From NCBI GenBank assembly GCA_963734545.1, contig CAVTHO010000005.1:224001-288000 (forward strand): a stretch of 64,000 nucleotides of DNA, given 5' to 3'. Origin of the DNA: an uncultured Spirochaetota bacterium. Its GTDB lineage: Bacteria > Spirochaetota > Spirochaetia > SZUA-6 > Fen-1364. This document shows positions 48,686 to 57,801 of this stretch, piece by piece. Below the pieces are notes generated by a model. The model saw nothing but the letters and a program-made list of their open reading frames with translations. It was not told the origin of the DNA and did no database searches. The stretch's first letter is position 1; each line of letters begins with the position of its first letter. The translations under genes and the position numbers were made by a program.

Positions 48686-49419
48686 GCCCGGAAAAGAACG
48701 CGGCTGACGCCCATTTCGACCTGATCTACGACACGCGCGCTCGGGAGTATCACGAGCTGGTCAGCCGGGAAGACAGGGAAGGGAATCTTTCCCGCACCCT
48801 GCAGGAGGTCGTCGAGTTCCGGGGAAAGACCGTGATCGAGCTGGGTGCGGGAACCGGAAGAGTCACCAGGATCCTTGCGCCCCTGGCCGGACGCATCCTG
48901 GCATTCGACCGGTCCCGTCACATGCTGGAACGGGCCGGCGCGTATCTGTCGGAAGAGCTCACGCGCAATGTGCGCCTGGCGGAAGCGGATAACCGCGCCG
49001 TGCCATTGCCCGATGCATCGGCGGAAATCCTCGTAGAAGGGTGGAGCTTCGGCCACAGCGTGTCACGGGAAGGCAACGAGTGGCGGAAGGCCGCCGTGGA
49101 AATCCTTGCAGAATGCATGCGTCTCGTGAAGCCCGGCGGCGCCATCATCCTCATTGAAACGCTGGGCACCGGACACCACGTGCCGCATCCGCCCGGCCCT
49201 CACCTCCCCCTCTTCTTCTCCTGGCTCCAGGACGAATGCGGCTTTGCGCTGAAATGGATCCGCACGGACTATCTGTTCGAGTCCCTGGCAAAGGCGCGGG
49301 AGCTGGTGGAGTTTTTCTTCGGACAGATGGTGGAGCACGAGGTGCTCGCCTCCGGTCAGGTCGTCGTGCCCGAATGCACCGGTATCTGGTGGAAGATAAA
49401 GCAGGGCCGGTCACTCTGA
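48682..49419 (+). CDS. Class I SAM-dependent methyltransferase
   Basis: VIELGAGTGR, FDRS..ML, VKPGG. Confidence 0.88.
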   Translation: MSPEKNAADAHFDLIYDTRAREYHELVSREDREGNLSRTLQEVVEFRGKTVIELGAGTGRVTRILAPLAGRILAFDRSRHMLERAGAYLSEELTRNVRLAEADNRAVPLPDASAEILVEGWSFGHSVSREGNEWRKAAVEILAECMRLVKPGGAIILIETLGTGHHVPHPPGPHLPLFFSWLQDECGFALKWIRTDYLFESLAKARELVEFFFGQMVEHEVLASGQVVVPECTGIWWKIKQGRSL

Positions 49420-49511
49420 AAGCTGCGGGCCGGCGGGAAATGTTGACTTCTCCGAGCCCCGGGCTCAGAATGGCTGAAAAGACCCCCGCTGAGGGGAGAA
49501 AGGAAAAAAGT

Positions 49512-49982
49512 ATGGGCCGCGCAATCGAACAGGAGAACTCCTTCCTGCAGGTGCTTCTGAAGCTCATCCCCAGCGAGGTGATCGCGGTTTTCATCTTCAT
49601 CCAGGGCGTCATGCCGCGCGTGCTCCTGCCGCACCTCGTGATCGCGCTGCTCCTGGTCTGCATTACACCGGTCTACCTCTACTGGGCAGGGGGGGTCCGC
49701 TCGCGGCCGCAGCTCGTGATCTCCACGCTTTCGCTGGTAGTCTGGGTCTATGCAATGGGTGTCGGGCCATTTCGGTTCGTCAGGCCGCCCTACTACGAGC
49801 CATGGCATGGGGCGGTGGCGCTGGCAATATGGACGTTGATCCCCCCGATGTTCCTCGCTCGCGGCGGGGAGCCGGCCGGTCCCTTCTCTGCCCGAAGACG
49901 CGCGGACATCAGCTCACATGGAAAGCGCGTACGAGCCGCTCCGCGGCATCGGAAAGGATCGCGCGGGGGCACGCAAGGTTGA
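49512..49982 (+). CDS. Hypothetical membrane protein
   Basis: LLKLIPSEVIA plus about 4 TM segments; start uncertain; tail overlaps the convergent gene. Confidence 0.65.
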   Translation: MGRAIEQENSFLQVLLKLIPSEVIAVFIFIQGVMPRVLLPHLVIALLLVCITPVYLYWAGGVRSRPQLVISTLSLVVWVYAMGVGPFRFVRPPYYEPWHGAVALAIWTLIPPMFLARGGEPAGPFSARRRADISSHGKRVRAAPRHRKGSRGGTQG

Positions 49983-51093
49983 GGCGCTGGAATCCTTCCC
50001 CTCCCTGGCCGAACTTGCGCCCCTCGTCGAGCCAGAGCCCCGCTTCGCGCAGCCTCGCCCTGATCTGGTCGTCGGACAGCGCGAGCGCCCGCATGTCCAT
50101 CCATGCGAGATAGGTCCCCTCCAGGGGAGCCAATGTGACCCGGGGAAGGTTCTCCGCAAGCCGGCAGGCCAGGAACTGATAGTTGGCCTGCACGTAGGCA
50201 AGAAGCTCCTGCAACCATCGCTCCCCGTGCCTCCAGGCCGCCTCGGCTGCGGCAACCGCAAACGCGTTTGCCGGGCCGCCCATGAGGGCGTGTTGAACCG
50301 CGTCAAAACGCGCGCGAAGGCCGGCATCCGGTATGACGGTGAGGGAGCCCCCCAGCCCCGCCAGGTTGAAGGTCTTGGTCGCGGAGACGAGAGTCGCCGT
50401 GCGTGCGGCGGCTTCGTTCGAAATCGAGGCAAGGGGAATGTGGCGGGAGCCCGGCATCACGAGGTCATTGTGGATTTCGTCACTGACGACGACGATGTCC
50501 CTGCGAATGCAGAAATCCGCAAGCCGGTGCAGGGTCGCCCTGTCCCACACCCGGCCTGCCGGATTGTGCGGGCTGCAGAGGATCAGCATCCTCGTCCGCG
50601 CGTCAACGACCCTTGCCAGGCCGTCCAGATCCATCTCCCACCGGGTGCCGCTCAGCTTCAACGGGTTCTCCACCACGCGCCTCGCATTCGCAATGACACG
50701 CAGGGAAAAAGGGTAGTAGACGGGGGGCTGAATCACGATCCCCTCGCCGGGCTCGGTGAGCCCCAGGATGGCGAACACCATGGCGGGTATGACGCCCGGG
50801 GAAGGCAGCATCCACTCGCGCTGCACCTCCCAGCCGTGGCGGCGCCGGAGCCAGCCGGCCGCGGCATCGAAGTACGAGTCGGGCTCCAGCGTGTACCCGA
50901 AGATGCCGTGCGCCGCCCGGGCCTGGAGCGCCTGGACGATCTCCGGAGGAGCCTCGAAATCCATGTCCGCCACCCACAGGGGAAGCAGACCGGACATGCC
51001 GGCAAACTTCTCCCCGAAATCCCACTTCAGGGAGCTCGTGCCCCGCCGATCGATCACCCGGTCAAAGTCATAGGCCGTCGGGTTCCCATTCAC
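49909..51093 (-). CDS. MalY/PatB family PLP-dependent C-S lyase
   Basis: LPLWVADMDF, LCSPHNP.GRVW, SDEIH, SATKTFNLAG, RLNLACP. Confidence 0.93.
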   Translation of the reverse strand: MNGNPTAYDFDRVIDRRGTSSLKWDFGEKFAGMSGLLPLWVADMDFEAPPEIVQALQARAAHGIFGYTLEPDSYFDAAAGWLRRRHGWEVQREWMLPSPGVIPAMVFAILGLTEPGEGIVIQPPVYYPFSLRVIANARRVVENPLKLSGTRWEMDLDGLARVVDARTRMLILCSPHNPAGRVWDRATLHRLADFCIRRDIVVVSDEIHNDLVMPGSRHIPLASISNEAAARTATLVSATKTFNLAGLGGSLTVIPDAGLRARFDAVQHALMGGPANAFAVAAAEAAWRHGERWLQELLAYVQANYQFLACRLAENLPRVTLAPLEGTYLAWMDMRALALSDDQIRARLREAGLWLDEGRKFGQGGEGFQRLNLACPRAILSDAAERLVRAFHVS

Positions 51094-51170
51094 ACGGATC
51101 CTCCCTCCATTCGCGAAAAATGCGCAGGAAGTGTATAATAAGCCCGGCGTTTCGCAACAGGAGGTGAAAC

Positions 51171-51839
51171 ATGTTCGTCGAAGACACGTTCTCCCCCGCT
51201 CCGCTCGGACTCAAGGTGACTTTCATCGGGCACGCAACGCTCGTCGTGACATACGGGGACACCGTGATCCACGTCGACCCTGTCGGAGAGAAGGCGGACT
51301 ACACCAGGCTTCCCAAGGCGGGTATCGTGCTGGTCACCCATGAGCACTCCGATCACCTCGATGCCGCGGCGATTGCCAAAGCACGCACGCCTGATACTGT
51401 CGTCATCGTTGCGGCAAAGTGCGCGGGCAAGGTGCCCGGCGCGATCGTGCTGCAGAACGGCGACTCTCGTGCAGTCAAGGGAATACGCATCGAGGCCGTG
51501 CCTGCCTACAATATCGTGCACATGCGCGCGCCCGGGGCACCGTTTCACCCCAAGGGGGAAGGCAACGGCTACGTGCTCTCCCTCGGAACACGGAAGCTCT
51601 ATGTAGCGGGCGATACGGAGAATACGCGCGAGATGAAATCCCTGAAGAGGATCGACGTGGCGTTCCTTCCCATGAACCTGCCCTACACAATGACGCCGGA
51701 GATGGTTGCCGATGCTGCCCTGGCATTCCGGCCGAAGGTGCTTTACCCGTATCATTTCGGGGATACGGATACCGGGCGGATTCAAGAGCTGCTGGCCGCG
51801 GCAAAAGACATCGAGGTGCGCATCCGCCCGATGAGCTGA
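51171..51839 (+). CDS. MBL-fold metallo-hydrolase
   Basis: THEHSDHLD, AVPAYN, AGDT, PYHF. Confidence 0.9.
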   Translation: MFVEDTFSPAPLGLKVTFIGHATLVVTYGDTVIHVDPVGEKADYTRLPKAGIVLVTHEHSDHLDAAAIAKARTPDTVVIVAAKCAGKVPGAIVLQNGDSRAVKGIRIEAVPAYNIVHMRAPGAPFHPKGEGNGYVLSLGTRKLYVAGDTENTREMKSLKRIDVAFLPMNLPYTMTPEMVADAALAFRPKVLYPYHFGDTDTGRIQELLAAAKDIEVRIRPMS

Positions 51840-51850
51840 GGGAGCGGCTC

Positions 51851-53773
51851 CTAGGACTTCACCTGGAGGCACCTGACCATATAGAGCTCGATATAGCGCA
51901 TCAGGATGTCCCTCTTCTTTATTTTTGCAAGGCTCTGGCTCGTCGAGAGCTGTTCCGCAAGGGCGTGGATCCGCTTCAGGTCGGGCGGCCGGGAGAGAAA
52001 GCTGCGCCGGACGGGGCGAAGAAAGTCGCGCACGAGCGAGTTGACGTCTTCGACGAGATTCTGCTTCTGCTCCGCAGCGTAGAGAGGGTTCCACTTCTCC
52101 GCGAGCTCCGTCAGCGTGGCCTCGACGCTCTTTCCCCTGGGAACGTACTGAGCCAGGAGGGACTGGATGCTTCTGCGGTAGCGGAGGAGGTCCCCTTTCG
52201 TATGGGTGCTCTTCGCGGCCTCGACCGGCACGGCCTGCGCGGACTGCACGACCTTTGCCGTTTCCGTCTGGGCGGGTCGAGCGGCTGCGGGCTTCTTCTC
52301 GGGTTCCACTTTGCGCTCCTTTCCTCCGCGGGACAGCCTGCGGAAAATCCTGAGCACCCCGCTCAGAACGGGCACCGTCATCCAGAATGGAAGGTACATG
52401 CGGGCATTCTTCAGCAGGAGCGCGCGGGACAGGCCCAGCATCTCGTCGAACGGGCGCAGGATGTTCTCCACCGAGAAACATTTGCCGAGCTCCTCCTTCG
52501 CCGCCTCCGAGAGCTTCGTCGCCTCTCTCGCGGCAAAAAGCAGGTTGCCGTTGGAAAGCGCGGCAAGGAGCGGGTACCCCTGCTTCACCCGTATCTCGGT
52601 GTCCCTGCGGAACGGGGCGTCGCCTTTTGAGACGGCAGGAGTCCGGTCCTGGCGCAGCTCGTCGGTCCATTCCTGCACGTATGCGCTTCGAAGCTCTTCC
52701 GCCGCCTCCCCCAGTTTCTTCAGGAAAACCGGGACGACGAAGTCTCTCTGGAGGAAATAGTCCTTCTTCTGCGCAGCCGCGTGCACGCGCACCAGATAGG
52801 GAAGGGGCTCCTCCCCGACCCGCTTCATCTTCTCCTTCAGGAAGGAATGGATGAACTCCTGACTGTGCTTCTTGACGTACGTGACGCCCTTTTCATCTTT
52901 CAGCTCGTAGAGGTCCTGGAAGCCGAAGACAAAAGGCGGCTTGCGCACCTGCTGATCCAGGTTCTTCCTGTCGGCCGCCCACTCCTGTTCGCGCTGGACC
53001 GTGCCCTTTTTATGAAAAACGGCGTACCCGAGCAGGTATGCAGACTGGCACGCCCCATGGTCCAGGTCCGTCTTCTCCGACTTGGCTCGGATATCCTGAA
53101 GAATGAGGTTGGAGAGATGCGTCCAGAACCGGAAGCTGAAATCGGAAGGAGAGAGAACCGAGTTTGCCGCTTTTTTTGGCCGGGCAACGAGGTCCTCCAT
53201 GGACTGGTGCACCAGCGGCGCGTTTCCCCGCATCAGCCCGGCAAGCTTCGACTCCGAATAGGAGGCGTTCTTCCCTTCCTGGAGGTGGCGGCTGATCTTT
53301 GCCACGGCAACATCGATGAGTTCGGCGCCCACGCACTCCTGGGGCACGATGAGTGGATCCACCCCCTCGGGGAACTCGATCTTGACGATGCCCTTCATGC
53401 CGGGGCCGCTCGTATCCAGCAGGGCGCCGAGCTGGCTCTTCACGTCCGCCCTGATGAGCGTGCCCGGTGGCACGGGTACGGGCGCCGTCTCCTCTTTCGG
53501 GAACGGACGGGCGGCATCCATGGAAAGCTGCCGATACGTGTCCACCAGCGCCGTGACATGGAAATCCGACAGGGATACGGACCGGGGTTTCCCGCCTTCC
53601 GTGGACACGACCAGCGCGGACTTCTCAGCGAGCTCGGCCACCGCTGCGTCGACCTCGGCAGGCTGCAGCTGGCCCTTGGGCATTGCGGCAAGGAATTGGT
53701 GGAGATCGACCGTTGCGCTCCTGTTCCGCAACGCAAAAGTCCTCAGGAGCACGAGAAGTTCCTGGGCGAGCAT
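51851..53773 (-). CDS. Large hypothetical protein (about 640 aa)
   Basis: Long ORF with natural composition; no motif recognised. Confidence 0.75.
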   Translation of the reverse strand: MLAQELLVLLRTFALRNRSATVDLHQFLAAMPKGQLQPAEVDAAVAELAEKSALVVSTEGGKPRSVSLSDFHVTALVDTYRQLSMDAARPFPKEETAPVPVPPGTLIRADVKSQLGALLDTSGPGMKGIVKIEFPEGVDPLIVPQECVGAELIDVAVAKISRHLQEGKNASYSESKLAGLMRGNAPLVHQSMEDLVARPKKAANSVLSPSDFSFRFWTHLSNLILQDIRAKSEKTDLDHGACQSAYLLGYAVFHKKGTVQREQEWAADRKNLDQQVRKPPFVFGFQDLYELKDEKGVTYVKKHSQEFIHSFLKEKMKRVGEEPLPYLVRVHAAAQKKDYFLQRDFVVPVFLKKLGEAAEELRSAYVQEWTDELRQDRTPAVSKGDAPFRRDTEIRVKQGYPLLAALSNGNLLFAAREATKLSEAAKEELGKCFSVENILRPFDEMLGLSRALLLKNARMYLPFWMTVPVLSGVLRIFRRLSRGGKERKVEPEKKPAAARPAQTETAKVVQSAQAVPVEAAKSTHTKGDLLRYRRSIQSLLAQYVPRGKSVEATLTELAEKWNPLYAAEQKQNLVEDVNSLVRDFLRPVRRSFLSRPPDLKRIHALAEQLSTSQSLAKIKKRDILMRYIELYMVRCLQVKS

Positions 53774-53878
53774 AATGCGCCTTTCAGTGTAGTGGATCCC
53801 GCGCGGGCATGCAAGCTCGCGCATCCGCCAGCTCGAGCGCGAACCTTCGAACGTGCGGTCGGCTGTTTCAGCTCGCGG

Positions 53879-54700
53879 TCAACCCTTCAACGCGCCCGCC
53901 AGTGTGCCCTTCAGCACCCACCGATGACCTATGGCATAGAGGATGACGGTCGGCGCTGCGGAGATGATCGCCGCGGCCGAGTACTTCGGCATGTGATCCA
54001 CGCCGTATGCATTGAGGAACTGGGCAACGCGAAGCTGCATGGTGAAAAGGGATTGGCTGTTGATCATGATCAGGCTCAGCATGTAGTCGCTCCACGCGCC
54101 GATGAACACGAGCATGACGGCCAGCACGGTGGCAGGGCCGGCAAGGGGCAGCATGATGCTGAAGAAGGTGCCGGAATGCCCGGCGCCGTCGATCCGCGAA
54201 GCCTCCGCGAGCTCGCTGGGGAGGCTTCGGAAGAACGAGCGGTAGATCATTGTCCAGAAGGAGATGCCGAAAGCGGCCATGGGCAGGAAGAGCCCGGGCA
54301 GGGTATTCGCCATGTGAAATGAGACGCTCATCTTGTAGAGCGGGAGCAGGACCATCTGGATGGGCACGAAGTAGCCGGCGAGTATGACGTAGAAAAAGAC
54401 TTCCGTGACCTTGCTCTTGTACCGGGCGAAAATGTAGCCCGCCATTGCCGAAGGGGGCACCGTGCACGCGATGGCGCCCAGGCAGACGATGAACGTGTTG
54501 ACCATGCCGCGTCCGATCTGCACCGTTTTCCACGCCTGTATGAAATTGTCCCAGCGGATAGCTTTTGGGAGGGCCCAGGGATTGTACGAGTACTCCAGGC
54601 GCGTCTTGAAGACGAAGAAGAACGGCAGGACGAGCGGCACGATGACGGCGAGCGCGAAGCCGACCAGGACTATCGTGATGATGATACCGCCAATGTCCAC
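53879..54700 (-). CDS. Carbohydrate ABC permease (MalG-like)
   Basis: LPSELAEASRIDGAG EAA loop. Confidence 0.92.
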   Translation of the reverse strand: MDIGGIIITIVLVGFALAVIVPLVLPFFFVFKTRLEYSYNPWALPKAIRWDNFIQAWKTVQIGRGMVNTFIVCLGAIACTVPPSAMAGYIFARYKSKVTEVFFYVILAGYFVPIQMVLLPLYKMSVSFHMANTLPGLFLPMAAFGISFWTMIYRSFFRSLPSELAEASRIDGAGHSGTFFSIMLPLAGPATVLAVMLVFIGAWSDYMLSLIMINSQSLFTMQLRVAQFLNAYGVDHMPKYSAAAIISAAPTVILYAIGHRWVLKGTLAGALKG

Positions 54701-54727
54701 GCGTGATACGCGCAGCGAGCCGGCCGC

Positions 54728-55663
54728 TCATTCCACGTCCCCTTTGCCCTGCCACGAAAACTGGGCGATGGCGAAAACCAGGGAGCAGAGGAATATCACC
54801 ACGCCGACCGCCGCGGCGCTCCCGTACTGCCAGTTCACGAATCCCTGGTTGTACAGGATGATTCCCAGCGTCTTTGTGGCATCTCCCGGACCTCCACGGG
54901 TCATGAGGAAGGGCAGATCGAAAAGCTTCAGGCTTCCAATGGTCATGAGGACCGCGAGGATGCGCAGCGGGTAGGCCACCATGGGAAGGATGATGTGCCA
55001 GGCATAGCGCCAGCCCCGCGCGCCCTCCAGCTCGGCAGCCTCACGGATCTCCATGGGGATCTGTTCCATGCGCGCCATGAGATAGACGATGGGAAATCCC
55101 GTGTAGGTCCATGTTGCCACAATGAATATCGCCCAGAAGGCAATGGAAGGGTCGCCGATGAAGTCGATCTTGGCCAGCCACGTCCAGTGGATCCCTCGCG
55201 CAAAGCTCGCCAGGACCCCGTTGGTGTTGGAGAAGATGAAAAGGCCGAGCATGGCCGTGATTGCGGACGGCATGATGTTTGCCAGGAAGTAGATGGCGCG
55301 CAGGGGTTGCGTGACCTTGTTCCTGTATGCAATGAGTGAAAACGCCACGAAGAAGGACAGCGGAAGCTGGATCATGACGCTCCAGAAAGCCCACTGGAAC
55401 ACATGCAGAAGTCCGGCCCGAAACTCGTCATTGCTGAAGAGGAACTTGTAGTTCTCCAAGCCGTTGAACGTGGCATCCCCGAGACCGGCGGAGCGCATGA
55501 ATGAAAGGTGAAAAGTCTCCTCGATGGGGTAATACATGTAGACGACGAGCGCGGCGATTGCCGGCAGGAGCATGAGGGCGATGAACACGACGCGCCCGAC
55601 GTCGCGCTTCTGTCTGCGCCTCGCCTGCGGCACCACGATCCCGGCCCTGACAAGGTCCGCCAT
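54728..55663 (-). CDS. Carbohydrate ABC permease (MalF-like)
   Basis: GLENY, IREAAELEGA, MTRGGPG. Confidence 0.92.
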   Translation of the reverse strand: MADLVRAGIVVPQARRRQKRDVGRVVFIALMLLPAIAALVVYMYYPIEETFHLSFMRSAGLGDATFNGLENYKFLFSNDEFRAGLLHVFQWAFWSVMIQLPLSFFVAFSLIAYRNKVTQPLRAIYFLANIMPSAITAMLGLFIFSNTNGVLASFARGIHWTWLAKIDFIGDPSIAFWAIFIVATWTYTGFPIVYLMARMEQIPMEIREAAELEGARGWRYAWHIILPMVAYPLRILAVLMTIGSLKLFDLPFLMTRGGPGDATKTLGIILYNQGFVNWQYGSAAAVGVVIFLCSLVFAIAQFSWQGKGDVE

Positions 55664-55707
55664 CGCCCTCACCTCCGCTGTCTCATTTGATCATTCCTTG
55701 ATGGAAT

Positions 55708-55745
55708 AAGAAAGGGGCGAAAACCGATTCGCGGCCTCCGCCCCT
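55708..55745 (-). terminator. Hairpin after the SBP gene (terminator or mRNA stabiliser)
   Basis: Minus strand AGGGGCGGAGGCCG-CGAAT-CGGTTTTCGCCCCT-TTCTT. Confidence 0.55.
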
Positions 55746-55768
55746 GAAACCCTCACCGCGCGGTTTCT

Positions 55769-57013
55769 CTACTTCACGGCGCCCATGTTCTGGGTCGCGA
55801 GATTCTCGAACTTCGTGAGGGAGGCCTTCACGTCCGTGTCGGCCAGGAAGAAGGTCTGGATCGTGTCGTTCAGCGGCGTGGTCACCGCGGGCGGCAGATT
55901 CTGGTCCCACCAGAACTGGACCGTCTTGGCCTTGCTGAACACGCCCGAGGCCATGGTCGTCAGAGGCGAGGGCGCCTTGACGCCGGGAACGGCGCTGATG
56001 CGGCCGGGCTCGGCGGCAGCGGCATCCTGGCTCATGGCGTACTTCATGAAGCGCACGATCGCCGCCTTCTTGCTTTCCCCTGCCTTGGTGGCGGCAAACC
56101 CGATGTCGGTCATTCCCATGACATCGGTCACTTTGCCCGTCCCGCCCTTCAGCTCGGGGAATGCGTAGAATCCGAGCGTCTGGTCGGTGAAGTCCTTGCT
56201 CGAATACTGGGCGCACATCCACGAGCCGGTGATGTGCATGGCGGCCTTCCCGGTGGCCATGAGCTGCTGCGCGTCGCCGTACTTTTCTCCCAGCGGCTTG
56301 TCCCCGAAATAGCCCTTCTTCACCCAGTTCTGGTAGAGCTGCGCGGCCTTGACGAACGCGTCGTTGTCGAACCGGGCCTTGCGCGCGGCGGCCCGCGTGA
56401 AGATGTCCCCGCCGTAGCGGTTGGTCAGGTACATGTACAGGGCAAGACCGGGCCACTTGTCCGCTTCTCCGCAGGCGAAGGGCTGTATGCCCTCGGCCTT
56501 CAGTGTGTCCGCCACTTTTTCGAACTGATCGACCGTCGTCGGCACGGAGAGACCGTTGGCCTTGAAGATCTCTTCATTGACGAAAACTCCGGCGATTGCA
56601 AAGAAGGGGGCAACGCCGTAGAGCTTGCCTTTCCAGGTCATGGCGCCGCTGGCCGCAGCGCTGCCGGGGATCGACTTCAGCTCCCTGGTGAGATCCAGAA
56701 GCCTTCCCGCATCCGCGTAGCCTCCCATGGTGGATCCGCCCCAGGTCTGGAAGATATCGGGGAGGCCGCTTCCGGCCGCCATGGCGATCTTCGTCTTGTC
56801 CGCAAGCCCGGGGTCGCCCAGCGCGATATAGTCGAGCTGGATGTCGGGATTGCCCGCCTGGAAGTTCTCCAGGAGCGCTTTCACATAGGCATGGGCGGCA
56901 TCGTCATCCGGAAGGTCCCTGCCCCAGATGGTCAGCTTCTGCGCCATCGCGGGAACCGTGACCGCTATGCAGCAGATGACGGCGATCAGGGCAATGAAAA
57001 CGCGTTTCCTCAT
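55769..57013 (-). CDS. Oligosaccharide ABC substrate-binding protein
   Basis: Signal peptide, LPDIFQTWGG, GKAAMHITGSW. Confidence 0.92.
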   Translation of the reverse strand: MRKRVFIALIAVICCIAVTVPAMAQKLTIWGRDLPDDDAAHAYVKALLENFQAGNPDIQLDYIALGDPGLADKTKIAMAAGSGLPDIFQTWGGSTMGGYADAGRLLDLTRELKSIPGSAAASGAMTWKGKLYGVAPFFAIAGVFVNEEIFKANGLSVPTTVDQFEKVADTLKAEGIQPFACGEADKWPGLALYMYLTNRYGGDIFTRAAARKARFDNDAFVKAAQLYQNWVKKGYFGDKPLGEKYGDAQQLMATGKAAMHITGSWMCAQYSSKDFTDQTLGFYAFPELKGGTGKVTDVMGMTDIGFAATKAGESKKAAIVRFMKYAMSQDAAAAEPGRISAVPGVKAPSPLTTMASGVFSKAKTVQFWWDQNLPPAVTTPLNDTIQTFFLADTDVKASLTKFENLATQNMGAVK

Positions 57014-57130
57014 ACCTCTCCCTCCTGTTCCTCGTTCGAATGTGGAGCGCCGGGCAGCCTGCCATTGGCGCACCAGTTCCGCAAGCCTACCTCATGGGAA
57101 GCGGGTCCAAAATCGGACAAAGTTCGAATT

Positions 57131-57158
57131 CCGGGATAGGAACTATTACCTATCCCGG
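57131..57158. promoter_or_regulatory. 10-8-10 inverted repeat upstream of the ABC operon, overlapping the regulator stop codon
   Basis: CCGGGATAGG-AACTATTA-CCTATCCCGG. Confidence 0.45.
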
Positions 57159-57801
57159 CTCTGGACCCACTTGACGGCGAATCTTCGCAGGTCCCCCGCG
57201 CCGTCGATGTGCAGCTTCTCCTTTATATGGTCTCTGTATGCGTTCACGGTCTTCACGGAGAGATTGAGCATCTTCGCGATTTCCGCTGCCCCGTAGCCCT
57301 GCCCCATAAGGTCCAGTACCTCCAGCTCCCGGTCGCTGAGCCGCTCCACCGAGGGAGACTCGGTCTCGTCGCGGGCGCTGAACATGGTCTCCAGGAGCCG
57401 GTCCCGCATGGTGGCGGACACGTAGATTTTCCCCGAAAGGACGGTCTTGATTGCATCCAGCATGACGGAGGCCGCCTCCTGCTTCATCACGTAGCCGCGG
57501 GCGCCGGCCTTCAGGGCCCTCTCCGCGTAGATCACCTCGTCGTGCATCGAGATGATGAGCACGAGTATCTCGGGGTGGGCTGCCTTCAGGGTCTTCACCA
57601 GGTCCAGGCCGTTCTGGCCGACCAGCGAGATGTCGATCAGCGCGATATCCGGCACCGCCTGCTCGAGCGCCGCGAGAGTTTCCGCCGCCGTGCCTGCCTC
57701 GGCGCACACCTCGTAGCGGTCATCGCTCCTGATGAGCGCCACGAGCCCTTGCCGGAAAACGGGTGATCGTCCACGACGAGGAATGTGAGGGGCTTCGTCA
57801 T
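57146..57801 (-). CDS. NarL/LuxR family response regulator (frameshift near 57762)
   Basis: MTKPLTFLVVDDH / PVFRQGL, DISL, SMHDE, GYVMK, LSDRELEV..SVKTV..YR. Confidence 0.92.
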
